A model generated the notes under the pieces. The model was not told the DNA's origin. It saw only the letters and a program-made list of their open reading frames with translations, and ran no database searches. Shown piece after piece: positions 12,048 through 24,800 of a stretch of 64,000 bases of DNA (within the stretch, counting starts at the first letter, position 1; every line of letters begins with the position of its first letter). The position numbers and the translations under genes were made by a program. Origin of the DNA: Squalus acanthias (Eukaryota); assembly GCA_030390025.1 (NCBI GenBank), contig JASTWF010000349.1:372001-436000 (forward strand), in the 5' to 3' direction.

Positions 12048-14551
12048 AGAGTCATAGAGTTATACAGCACGGATAGAGGCCCTTCGGCCCATCGTGTCCG
12101 CGCCGGCCATCAAGCCCTGTCTAATCTAATCCCATATTCCAGCATTTTGTCCGTAGCCTTGTATGCTATGGCATTTCAAGTGCTCATCCAAATGCTTCTT
12201 GAATGTTGTGAGGGTTCCTGCCTTCACAACCCTTTCACCCTCTGGGTGAAAAAGTTCTTTCTCAAATCCCTTCTAAACCTCCCGCCCTTTACCTTGAATC
12301 TATGCCCCCTTGTTATAGACCCCTCTACTAAGGGAAAAAGCTCCTTAGTATCCATCCTATTTATGCCCCTCATAATTTTGTACACCTCAATCATGTCCCC
12401 CCTCAGCCTCCTCTGCTCCAAGGAAAACAAACCCAATCTGCCCAGTCTCTCTTCATAGCTGAAGCACTCCAGCCCGGGTAACATTCTGGTGAATCTCCTC
12501 TGCACCCTCTCCAAAGCTATCACATCCTTCCTGTAGTGTGGCGACCAGAACTGCACACAGTATTCCAGATGTGGCCTAACCAGTGTTTTATACAGCTCCA
12601 TGATAACCTCCTTGCTCTTATATTCTATGCCTCGGCTAATGAATGCAAGTATCCCATATGCCTTTTTTACCACCATATCCACCTGTTCCGCCGCCTTCAG
12701 GGATCTGTGTACTTGCACACCAAGATCCCTCTGACCCTCCGTCTTGCCTAGGGTCTTACCATTCATTGTGTATTCCCTTGCCTTGTTAGTCCCTCCAAAG
12801 TGCATCACCTCGCACTTTTCCGGATTAAATTAAATAAATTCCATTTGCCACTGTTCCGCCCATCTGACCAACCCATCTATATCGTCCTGCAGACTGAGGC
12901 TACCCTCCTCGCTATTTACCACCCTACCAATTTTGTATCATCCGCGAACTTACTGATCATACCTTTCACATTCATATCCAAGTCGTTAATGTAGACCACA
13001 AACAGCGGGTTAGGTTGATTTGGCTATGATAAATTGACCCTTAGTGTTGGGGGATTAAATATGTGGGGTTACGGGGATAGGATGGGATATGTTAGGGGGA
13101 ATTAAATACGTGGGGTTACGGGGATAGGGTGGGATATGTGTCGGTGCAGGCTCGATGGGGATTCTGTGTGAGAAAGTAGGGACAGGGTACTGGATTTGGA
13201 TGATCAGCCATGATCGTATTGAATGGTGGAGCAGGCTCGACGGGCCGAATGGCCTACTCCTGCTCCTAGTTTCTATGTTTCTATGTATCTGCCAAAAGCC
13301 CTCCTTTTTTCCCTGATCCATTCCCGTATATCCCCTGACATCCAAGGTTCCCTGGGGTTTTTGGAACCACCCTTGACCTTTACGGGAACATGCTGCCATT
13401 TTATGATCTCAATCACCCTTCTGAAAGAATCCCATTGCTCCGATGCGGATTTTCCTACAAGCAGCTGATCCCAGTCCATTTTGGCCAGACCTGCCTTATC
13501 TTATTAAAATCGGCCTTCCCCCAATTTAGAACCTTTATTTCCGGCCCATCCCTGTCCTTTTCCATGACCACCTTAAATCTCACTGTATTATGGTCACTGT
13601 CACCAAAGTGTTCACCTACTAGCACTTCTTCCACTTGGCCGGCCACATTCCCTAGAATTAGGTCCAGTACCGCCCCCTCCCTTGTAGGACTTTCTACATG
13701 CTGGCTCAAAAAGCTCTCCTGGATGCACTTTAAGAATTTTGAACCCTCTAAGCCTTTCACACTCTGACTATCCCAGTTAATATTGGGGAAGTTGAAATCC
13801 CCCATTATTATTACCCTATTATTTGCACATTTCTCTGAGATTTGCCTACATATCTGTTCCTCTATCTCCCCCTGACTGTTTGGGGGCCTATAGTACGCTC
13901 CCAGCAAAGTGCTTGCCCCCTTTTTGTTTTTAAGCTCCACCCATATAGCCTCATTGGAGGAACCTGCTAATATATCATCCCTCCTTATGGCAGTAAATGA
14001 TTCCTTAATGAATATTGCGACACCCCCTCCTCTTATACCTCCCCCTCTGTCTCGCCTGAAGATTCTGTACCCCGGAATATTGAGCTGCCAGTCTTGTCCC
14101 TCCCTCACCCATGTCTCAGTGATAGCAACAATATCATACTCCCATGTGTTTATCAACACCTTCAGTTCATCCACCTTATTCGCTAGACTCCTTGCGTTAA
14201 AATAGATGCCTTCCAGCCTTGCTCTTACATGTTTGCCCTGTCTTCCAAGCTGACTTTTTTTCTCTATATTTGACTGTACATCACCCCCTATTGTAGCTCC
14301 ACTCTGTATCCCATCCCCCTGCCAAGTTAGTTTAAACCCCCCCCAACAGTGCTAGCAAACCTCCCCGCAAGGATATTTGTCCCGCTCTGGTTCAGGTGCA
14401 AACCGTCCGACTTGTACAAGTCCCAACTTCCAGTGATCCAGGAAACGAAAACCCTCCCTCCTGCACCAACTCTTTAGCCACGCATTCATCTGTTCTATCC
14501 TCCTATTCCTATACTCACTAGCACGTGGCACTGGGAGTAATCCAGAGATTA
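12048..14551 (-). mobile_element. CR1 (family E) with an internal deletion, TSD CATCCAT; duplicate near 16299-18803
   Basis: Minus-strand ORFs: RT C-terminus (12224-12808), endonuclease (13455-14174; ITETW, YYRPP, GDFN, SDH) and ORF1 end. CATCCAT lies at 12041-12047 and 14552-14558. Confidence 0.92.
13005..13285 (+). mobile_element. 5'-truncated HE1-like SINE with CR1 family-A tail; duplicate near 17257-17537
   Basis: Matches about 14931-15219 with a few substitutions and indels. Confidence 0.88.
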
Positions 14552-14765
14552 CATCCATGAGGTGCTGTGGGCCATCAGCAGTAGCAGAATTGTATTTCAC
14601 CATAATCTGTAACCTCATGGCCCGGCATATCCCTCACTCTACCATTACCATCAAGCCAGGGGACCAACCCTGGTTCAATGAGGAATGTAGAAGAGCATGC
14701 TGGGAGCAGCACCAGGCATACCTGAAAATGAAGTGCCAACCTGTTGAAGCTACAACACAGGACTA

Positions 14766-15219
14766 TGGGCAACACGGTGGCATAGTGGTTAGCACTGGTG
14801 CCTCACAGCGCCAGGGACCCGGGTTCGAATCTGGCCTCCGTTGACTGTCTGTGTGGAGTTTGCACATTCTCCCCGTGTCTGCGTGGGTTTCCTCCGGGTG
14901 CTCCGGTTTCCTCCCACAGTCCAAAAATGTGCGGGTTAGGTTGATTTGGCTATGATAAATTGACCCTTAGTGTTAGGGGGGGGATTAAATATGTGGGGTT
15001 ACGGGGATAGGATAGGAAGGGATATGTTGGGGGGAATTAAATACGTGGGGTTACGGGGATAGGGTGGGATATGTGTCGGTGCAGGCTCGATGGGCATTCT
15101 GTGTGAGAAAGCAGGGACAGGGTACTGGATTTGGATGATCAGCCATGATCGTATTGAATGGTGGAGCAGGCTCGACGGGCCGAATGGCCTACTCCTGCTT
15201 CTAGTTTCTATGTTTCTAT
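14766..15219 (+). mobile_element. Full-length tRNA-derived V-SINE (HE1-like), TSD GACTA; duplicate near 19018-19473
   Basis: A-box TGGCATAGTGG, B-box GGTTCGAATC, V-domain-like TGTGTGGAGTTTGCACATTCTCCCCGTGTCTGCGTGGGTTTCCTCCGGGTGCTCCGGTTTCCTCCCACA and a CR1-type tail. GACTA lies at 14761-14765 and 15220-15224. Confidence 0.9.
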
Positions 15220-18200
15220 GACTACATGCATGCTAAACAGTGGAAGCAGCATGCTATAGACAGAGCTAAGCGATCCCACAATCAACGGATCAGCTCAAAG
15301 CTCTGCAGTCCACATCCAGTTGTGAATGGTGGTGGACAATTAAACAACTAACGGGAGGAGGAGGCTCCATGAACACCCCCATTCTCAGTCATGCCGGAGC
15401 CCAGCACATAGGTGCCAAAGATAAGGCTGAAGCGTTCACAACCATCTTCAACCAGAAGGGCTGAGGGGCCTAGATAAAGTGGATAGAAAGGACCTATTTC
15501 CCTTAGCAGAGGGGTCAAAAACCAGGGGGCACAGATTTAAAGTAATTGGGGGAAGGTTTAGAGGGGATTTGAGGGGAAATTTCTTCACCCAGAGGGTTGT
15601 GGGGGTCTGGAACTCACTGCCTGAAAGGGTGGTAGAGGCAGGAACCCTAACCACATTTAAAAAGTACTTGGATGTGCAGTTGGGATGCAGGGCTACGGAC
15701 CAAGAGCTGGGAAGTGAGATTAGGCTGGCTAGCTATTTGTTGGCCGGTGCGGGCACGATGGGCCGAAATGGCCTCCTTCCGTGCTGTAACTTTCTATGAT
15801 TCCTCAACCTAGACTCCGGACCCCATGAAGTCTCATGGCTTCAGGTCAAACATGGGCAAGGAAACCGCCTACTGATTACCACCTATTACGCTCCTTCAGC
15901 TGATGAATCAGTACTCCTCCATGTTGAACACCAATTGGAAGAAGCACTGAGGGCAGCAAGGGCACAGAATGTACTTTGGGTGGGGGACTTCAATGTCCAT
16001 CACCAAGAGGGGCTCAGTAACACTACAACTGACTGAGCAAGCTGAGTCCTGAAGGATATAGCTGCCAGTCTGGGCTTGCGGCAGGTGGTGAGAGAACCAA
16101 CACGAGGGGAAAACCTACTTGACCTCGTCCTCTCCACTCTTACCTGTCGCAGATGCATCTGTTCCTGACAGTATTGGCAGGAGTGATCCTTGTGGAGACA
16201 AAGCCCTGTCTTCACCCTCCATCGTGTTGTGTGGCACTACCCCATGCTAAATGGGATAGATTCAGAACAGATCTAGCAGCTCAAAACTGGGCATCCATAG
16301 AGTCATAGAGTTATACAGCACGGATAGAGGCCCTTCGGCCCATCGTGTCCGCGCCGGCCATCAAGCCCTGTCTAATCTAATCCCATATTCCAGCATTTTG
16401 TCCGTAGCCTTGTATGCTATGGCATTTCAAGTGCTCATCCAAATGCTTCTTGAATGTTGTGAGGGTTCCTGCCTTCACAACCCTTTCACCCTCTGGGTGA
16501 AAAAGTTCTTTCTCAAATCCCTTCTAAACCTCCCGCCCTTTACCTTGAATCTATGCCCCCTTGTTATAGACCCCTCTACTAAGGGAAAAAGCTCCTTAGT
16601 ATCCATCCTATTTATGCCCCTCATAATTTTGTACACCTCAATCATGTCCCCCCTCAGCCTCCTCTGCTCCAAGGAAAACAAACCCAATCTGCCCAGTCTC
16701 TCTTCATAGCTGAAGCACTCCAGCCCGGGTAACATTCTGGTGAATCTCCTCTGCACCCTCTCCAAAGCTATCACATCCTTCCTGTAGTGTGGCGACCAGA
16801 ACTGCACACAGTATTCCAGATGTGGCCTAACCAGTGTTTTATACAGCTCCATGATAACCTCCTTGCTCTTATATTCTATGCCTCGGCTAATGAATGCAAG
16901 TATCCCATATGCCTTTTTTACCACCATATCCACCTGTTCCGCCGCCTTCAGGGATCTGTGTACTTGCACACCAAGATCCCTCTGACCCTCCGTCTTGCCT
17001 AGGGTCTTACCATTCATTGTGTATTCCCTTGCCTTGTTAGTCCCTCCAAAGTGCATCACCTCGCACTTTTCCGGATTAAATTAAATAAATTCCATTTGCC
17101 ACTGTTCCGCCCATCTGACCAACCCATCTATATCGTCCTGCAGACTGAGGCTACCCTCCTCGCTATTTACCACCCTACCAATTTTTGTATCATCCGCGAA
17201 CTTACTGATCATACCTTTCACATTCATATCCAAGTCGTTAATGTAGACCACAAACAGCGGGTTAGGTTGATTTGGCTATGATAAATTGACCCTTAGTGTT
17301 GGGGGATTAAATATGTGGGGTTACGGGGATAGGATGGGATATGTTAGGGGGAATTAAATACGTGGGGTTACGGGGATAGGGTGGGATATGTGTCGGTGCA
17401 GGCTCGATGGGGATTCTGTGTGAGAAAGTAGGGACAGGGTACTGGATTTGGATGATCAGCCATGATCGTATTGAATGGTGGAGCAGGCTCGACGGGCCGA
17501 ATGGCCTACTCCTGCTCCTAGTTTCTATGTTTCTATGTATCTGCCAAAAGCCCTCCTTTTTTCCCTGATCCATTCCCGTATATCCCCTGACATCCAAGGT
17601 TCCCTGGGGTTTTTGGAACCACCCTTGACCTTTACGGGAACATGCTGCCATTTTATGATCTCAATCACCCTTCTGAAAGAATCCCATTGCTCCGATGCGG
17701 ATTTTCCTACAAGCAGCTGATCCCAGTCCATTTTGGCCAGACCTGCCTTATCTTATTAAAATCGGCCTTCCCCCAATTTAGAACCTTTATTTCCGGCCCA
17801 TCCCTGTCCTTTTCCATGACCACCTTAAATCTCACTGTATTATGGTCACTGTCACCAAAGTGTTCACCTACTAGCACTTCTTCCACTTGGCCGGCCACAT
17901 TCCCTAGAATTAGGTCCAGTACCGCCCCCTCCCTTGTAGGACTTTCTACATGCTGGCTCAAAAAGCTCTCCTGGATGCACTTTAAGAATTTTGAACCCTC
18001 TAAGCCTTTCACACTCTGACTATCCCAGTTAATATTGGGGAAGTTGAAATCCCCCATTATTATTACCCTATTATTTGCACATTTCTCTGAGATTTGCCTA
18101 CATATCTGTTCCTCTATCTCCCCCTGACTGTTTGGGGGCCTATAGTACGCTCCCAGCAAAGTGCTTGCCCCCTTTTTGTTTTTAAGCTCCACCCATATAG

Positions 18201-20569
18201 CCTCATTGGAGGAACCTGCTAATATATCATCCCTCCTTATGGCAGTAAATGATTCCTTAATGAATATTGCGACACCCCCTCCTCTTATACCTCCCCCTCT
18301 GTCTCGCCTGAAGATTCTGTACCCCGGAATATTGAGCTGCCAGTCTTGTCCCTCCCTCACCCATGTCTCAGTGATAGCAACAATATCATACTCCCATGTG
18401 TTTATCAACACCTTCAGTTCATCCACCTTATTCGCTAGACTCCTTGCGTTAAAATAGATGCCTTCCAGCCTTGCTCTTACATGTTTGCCCTGTCTTCCAA
18501 GCTGACTTTTTTTCTCTATATTTGACTGTACATCACCCCCTATTGTAGCTCCACTCTGTATCCCATCCCCCTGCCAAGTTAGTTTAAACCCCCCCCAACA
18601 GTGCTAGCAAACCTCCCCGCAAGGATATTTGTCCCGCTCTGGTTCAGGTGCAAACCGTCCGACTTGTACAAGTCCCAACTTCCAGTGATCCAGGAAACGA
18701 AAACCCTCCCTCCTGCACCAACTCTTTAGCCACGCATTCATCTGTTCTATCCTCCTATTCCTATACTCACTAGCACGTGGCACTGGGAGTAATCCAGAGA
18801 TTACATCCATGAGGTGCTGTGGGCCATCAGCAGTAGCAGAATTGTATTTCACCATAATCTGTAACCTCATGGCCCGGCATATCCCTCACTCTACCATTAC
18901 CATCAAGCCAGGGGACCAACCCTGGTTCAATGAGGAATGTAGAAGAGCATGCTGGGAGCAGCACCAGGCATACCTGAAAATGAAGTGCCAACCTGTTGAA
19001 GCTACAACACAGGACTATGGGCAACACGGTGGCATAGTGGTTAGCACTGGTGCCTCACAGCGCCAGGGACCCGGGTTCGAATCTGGCCTCCGTTGACTGT
19101 CTGTGTGGAGTTTGCACATTCTCTCCCCGTGTCTGCGTGGGTTTCCTCCGGGTGCTCCGGTTTCCTCCCACAGTCCAAAAATGTGCGGGTTAGGTTGATT
19201 TGGCTATGATAAATTGACCCTTAGTGTTAGGGGGGGGATTAAATATGTGGGGTTACGGGGATAGGATAGGAAGGGATATGTTGGGGGGAATTAAATACGT
19301 GGGGTTACGGGGATAGGGTGGGATATGTGTCGGTGCAGGCTCGATGGGCATTCTGTGTGAGAAAGCAGGGACAGGGTACTGGATTTGGATGATCAGCCAT
19401 GATCGTATTGAATGGTGGAGCAGGCTCGACGGGCCGAATGGCCTACTCCTGCTTCTAGTTTCTATGTTTCTATGACTACATGCATGCTAAACAGTGGAAG
19501 CAGCATGCTATAGACAGAGCTAAGCGATCCCACAATCAACGGATCAGCTCAAAGCTCTGCAGTCCACATCCAGTTGTGAATGGTGGTGGACAATTAAACA
19601 ACTAACGGGAGGAGGAGGCTCCATGAACACCCCCATTCTCAGTCATGCCGGAGCCCAGCACATAGGTGCCAAAGATAAGGCTGAAGCGTTCACAACCATC
19701 TTCAACCAGAAGGGCCAAGTGGATGATCCATCTCGGCCTCCTCCTGAGGTCCCCACCATGACAGATGCCAGTGTCCAGCAAATTCGATTCACTCCACGTA
19801 ATATCAAGAAACGGCTGTGCGCACTGGATACAGCAAAGGCTATGAGCCCTGACAACATCCCGGCTGTTGTGCTGAAGACCTGTGCTCCAGAACTAGTCGC
19901 ACCTCTAGCCAAGCTGTTCCAGTACAGCTACAACACTGGCATCTACAGTGGAAAATTGTCCAGGTATGTCCTGCCCACAAAAAGCAGGACAAATCCAACC
20001 CGGCCAATTACCACCCCATCAGCCTACTCTCAATCATCGGCAAAGTGATGGAAGGTGTCGTCGACAGTGCTATCAAGCGGCACTTCCCAATAACCTGCTC
20101 AGCGATGCTCAGTTCGGGTTCCGCCAGGACCACTCGGCTCCAGACCTCATTGTAGCCTTGGTCCAAACATTGACAAAATAGCTGAATTCCAGAGGTGAGG
20201 CGAGAGTGACTGCCCTTGACATCAAGACCGAGTCTGGCACCAAGGAGCCCTAGTAAAATTGAAGTCAGTGGAGATCAGAGGGAAGCTCTCCACTGGCTGG
20301 AGTTAAATCTAGCACAAAGGAAGATGGTTGTGGTTATTGGAAGCCAAGCATCTCAGCCCCAGAACATAAGAGTCATAGAGTTATACAGCACAAAGAGGCC
20401 CTTCGGCCCATCTTGTCCACGCCGGCCATCAAGCCCTGTCTATTCTAATCCCATTTTCCAGCACTTGGTCCATAGCCTTGTATGCTATGGCGTTTCAAGT
20501 GCTCATCTAAATGCTTCTTGAATGTTGTGAGGGTTCCTGCCTCTACCACTGTCTGTACACTCTGGTCTT

Positions 20570-21480
20570 AGGGCACATTATGCAAGAGAGGTGGACACAT
20601 CTGAGCAAGAATACTGAAGGCACAGTCAAAGAGAGGGTTTCGGATGAATTTAAAGAAGGGGCAGTCCCTGTGATTTTGGGAATGAGTTCCTGAGGGTGGG
20701 AGTATATAGATTGAATGGTGGGTCTTGTGTGGTGTGGGAGGGGCTGGCAGTAACCCAGAGTCGAAGGAATGAAGGCTGAGGGTTGGCACTGGAGAGGATT
20801 TCTGAGCTTGGGCTGGATTGGCTTGGGAGGGGTGGAGATTGGGAGAATGGCAAGGAGGGTATTTGAGAAACCAATCCTCGAGATGGTGAAGACTTGGATG
20901 AGAGTTTTGAGGTCAGGTTGTAAGCAATGTTGTGGAGGTGGAAGAAAGCAGTTTTTGAAACAGCCCAGATGTGGAGTGGAATGCTCAGCTCATGACTGAA
21001 CAGAAGGGTGAGGTTCCACACCATTGGGTTCAGCCTGAGCAAGAGTCCAGCGAAGCGGGTTGAATTGGCACTGGAGACATAAGGATGCTGATGAGAGCCA
21101 AACAGGATTGCTTGAGTTTTTGCCAACACTAAACTGCAGGAAATTAGAATCGTTCAAGCCTTGATATTGGGCAGGCTGTTCGATAGTACAGTCAACGGTG
21201 GGCACAGTTCACCTACATGTGTGGATGTTGTCAACAAAGGATAGCATGTAAATAATGAATGTGAGAACCAAGGGTGGAGGAGGAGAATTGAGTGGTCTGC
21301 AAGGTCCAAGGTGGCAGAGAGATGGAAGGCGAGCGAACTATAGTTGCTGTCATTGGTGCTGCCGGAAACCAAATTAGAAATATTTATAACAGCAAGTGGT
21401 GGCACACGTGAGCACTTTGGAGAGTCATAGTGGTACGTTCAAGGACCTTGGTGTGAAAGAGAAGGATTGGCATGCAGCTT
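20570..21480 (-). mobile_element. Old L2-like LINE RT relic (copy of about 48094-49004)
   Basis: Degenerate L2 motifs HLSATLDLADHSILL, KTQAILFGS and VSKTAFFHLHNIA. Confidence 0.65.
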
Positions 21481-21494
21481 ATGAAGATAGAGAG

Positions 21495-21825
21495 GTAAAA
21501 ACAGAAAATGCTGGAGATACTCAGCAGGTCAGGCAGCACCTGTGAAGAGAGAAACAGAGTTAACGTTTCAGGTTGATGACCTTTCGTCAGAACTGGAAAA
21601 AAGCAGGAAATGGAACAAATTTTTAAGCAGGTGTAGGGGCTGGGAAAGGGGGGAGGGGATGAAAGAACAAAAGGGAAGGTCTGTGACAGGATAGAAGGCA
21701 GGAGAATTAAAGAGACATTAAGAGATATTCAAGACAAAAGGAGATGGTAATGGGACAGGTTAAGAAACAAAGGATGGCTCTAGATGAAGTGTAAATTGCG
21801 CTGGCAGAATGGAAGACAGCTGCCG
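21495..21825 (-). mobile_element. Penelope-like element terminal fragment (second copy about 49019-49349)
   Basis: Minus strand ...TCTGACGAAAGGTCATCAACCTGAAACGTTAACTCTGTTTCTCTC...CTGACCTGCTGAGTATCTCCAGCATTTTCTGTTTT. The family assignment comes from recall of elasmobranch PLE termini and from the hammerhead core. Confidence 0.65.
21558..21594 (-). ncRNA. Minimal type-I hammerhead ribozyme-like motif
   Basis: AGUU-CUGACGA-A-AGGU(CAUCA)ACCU-GAAAC-GUU-AACU: both core boxes are present, with 4-bp stems I and II and a palindromic helix III. Confidence 0.65.
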
Positions 21826-24800
21826 TTGCTGCCTCGACCACCCTTTCAGGCAGTGAGTTCCAGATTCCAACCACCCTCTGGGTGAAAAAGTTTTTCCTCA
21901 AATCCCCTCTAAACCTCCTGCCCCTTACCTTGAAACTATGGCCCCTGGTTATTGACCCCTGTACTAAGGGGAAAAGTTCCTTTCTATCTCCCCTATCTAT
22001 GCCCCTCATAATTTTGTACACCTCAATCAGGTCCCCCCTCAGCCTTCTCTGCTCTAAGGAAAACAACCCCAGCCTGTCCAGTCTCTTCATAGCTGAAGCG
22101 CTGCAGCCCAGGTAACATCCTGGTGAATCTCCTCTGCACCCTCTCCAATGCAGTCACATCCTTCCTATAGTGTGGCGACCAGAACTGCACACAGTATTCC
22201 AGCTGTGGCCTAACTAGCGTTTTGTACAGCTCCATCATAACCTCCCTGCTCTTATATTCTATGCCTCGGCTAATGAAGGCAAGTATCCCATATGCCTTTT
22301 TAACCACCTTATCTACCTGTCCTGCTGCCTTCAGGGATCTATGTACAGTACATGCACACCAAGGTCCCTCTGATCCTCTGTCCTTCCTAGGGTCCTACCA
22401 TTCATTGTGTATTCCCTTGCCTTGTTAGTCCTCCCAAAATGCATCACCTCACACTTTTCAGGGTTAAATTCCATTTGCCACTGTTCTGCCCATCTGACCA
22501 ACCCGTCTATATCGTCCTGTAGCCTGAGGCTTCCCTCCTCGCTATTTACCACTCCACCAATTTTCGTGTCATCTGCGAACTTACTGATCATACCTCCTAC
22601 ATTCATATCTAAATCATTAATGTACACTACAAACAGCAAAGGACCCAGCACCGATCCCTGCGGTACACCACTGGACGCAGGCTTCCAGTCACAAAAACAA
22701 CATTCGACCATCATCTCTGCCTCCTGCCACTGAGCCAATTTTGGATCCAAAGTGCCAAATTGCCCTGGATCCCGTGGGCTCTTACCTTCTTGACCAGTCT
22801 CCCATGTGGGACTTTGTCAAAGGCCTTACTGAAGTCCATGTAGACCACATCAACTGCACTACCCTCATCCACACACCAAGTCACCCCCTCAAAAAATTCA
22901 AACAAATTGGTTAGACATGATCTTCCCCTGACAAAGCCATGCTGACTATCCTTGATTAATCTTTGCCTCTCCAAGTGGAGACTAATTCTGTCCCTCAGAA
23001 TTTTTTCCAATAATTTCCCTACCACTGATGTTAGGCTCACTGGCCTGTAATTCCCTGGTTTATCCCTACTACCTTTCTTGAATAATGGTACTACGTTAGC
23101 TGTCCTCCAATCCTCTGGCACCTCCCCTGTGGCCAGAGAGGTTCTGAAAATGTGTGTCAGAGCCCCTGCAATCTCCTCCCTTGCCTCACACAGCAGCCTG
23201 GGATACATCTCGTCTGGGCCTGGGGATATATCCACTTTTAAGCCCGCTAAAATCGTTAGTACCTCCTCCCTCTCAATACTAATTTGTTCAAGTATATCAC
23301 AATCCCCCTGCCTGATTTCTATGCCTACATTGTCCTTCTCCACAGTGAACACAGATGCAAAATATTCATTTAAAACCTCAGCTACATCTTCCGGCTCTAC
23401 ACACAGATTGCCACTTTGATCCCTAATGGGCCCTACTCTTTTCCTGGTTATCCTCTTGGCCTTAATTTACTTATAAAACACCTTGGGATTTTCCTTTATT
23501 TTGCCCGCCAGTGTTTTTTCATGCCCCCTCTTCGCTCTCCTAATTTCTTTTTTTAAGTACCCTCCTGCAATTTCTATACTCCTCTTGGGCTTCCACTGTT
23601 TTTAATCCTTTGTATCTGCCAAAAGCCTCCCTTTTTTTCCTAATCCATTCTTGTATATCCCTTGACATCCAGGGTTTCCTGGGCTTGTTGGTCCCACCCT
23701 TGACCTTTACGGGAACATGTTGGCGTTGTGCTCTCTCTATTTCCTTTCTGAAAGACTCCCACTGCTCTGATGTGGATTTTCCTACAAGTAGCTGATCCCA
23801 GTCCACTTTGGCCAGATCCTGCCATATCATATTAAAATCGGCCTTCCCCCAATTTAGAACCTTTATTTCCGGTCCATCTTTGTCCTTTTCCATGACTACC
23901 TTAAATCTCACCGAATTATGGTCACTGTCACCAAAATGCTCTCCTACTGACACTTCTACCACTTGCCCGGCTACATTTCCCAGAACTAGGTCCCGTACCG
24001 CCCCCTCTCTTGTAGGACTTTCTACATGCTGGCTCAAAAAGCTCTCCTGGATGCACTTTAAGAATTTTGAACCCTCTAAGCCTTTCACACTCTGACTATC
24101 CCAGTTAATATTGGGGAAGTTGAAATCCCCCATTATTATTACCCTATTATTTGCACATTTCTCTGAGATTTGCCTACATATCTGTTCCTCTATCTCCCCC
24201 TGACTGTTTGGGGGCCTATAGTACGCTCCCAGCAAAGTGCTTGCCCCCTTTTTGTTTTTAAGCTCCACCCATATAGCCTCATTGGAGGAACCTGCTAAGA
24301 TATCATCCCTCCTTACAGCAGTAATTGACTCCTTGATTAATATTGCGACACCCCCTCTGCCTTGCCTGAAGATTCCCCCCCCCAACAGTACTAGCAAACC
24401 TCCCCGCAAGGATGTTGGTCCCGTTTCGGTTCAGGTGCAACCCGTCGGACTTGTACAGGTCCCACCTTCCCCAGAAGCAGACCCAGTGATCCAGGAAACT
24501 AAAGCCCTCCCTCCTGCACCAACTCTTTAGCCACGCATTCATCTGCTCTATCCTCCTATTCCTATACTCACTAGCACGTGGCACCGGGAGTGATCCAGAG
24601 ATTACAACCTTTGAGGTCCTGCTTTTTAATCTGCTACCTAGCTCCCTAAATTCTTGTTGCAGGACCTCATCCCTCTTCCTACCCATGTCGTTGGTACCAA
24701 TGTGAACCACGACCTCTGACTGTTCGCCCTCCCCTTTCAGAATGCCCTGCAGCCGTTCAGTGTCATCCTTGACCCTGGCACCAGGGAGGCAACATACCAT

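Larger units (their letters stand above)
11210..19715. repeat. Near-perfect tandem duplication, 11210-15461 and 15462-19715
   Basis: The ORF track repeats at offset 4251-4252 (e.g. 13455/17707). Junction ACCAGAAGGGC|TGAGGGGCCTAG at 15461/15462. Confidence 0.97.

Noticed and set aside
14766..14840. tRNA genes (also 1040-1126 and 47420-47487)
   Set aside because: A and B boxes are present but run into SINE bodies; no full cloverleaf is evident.
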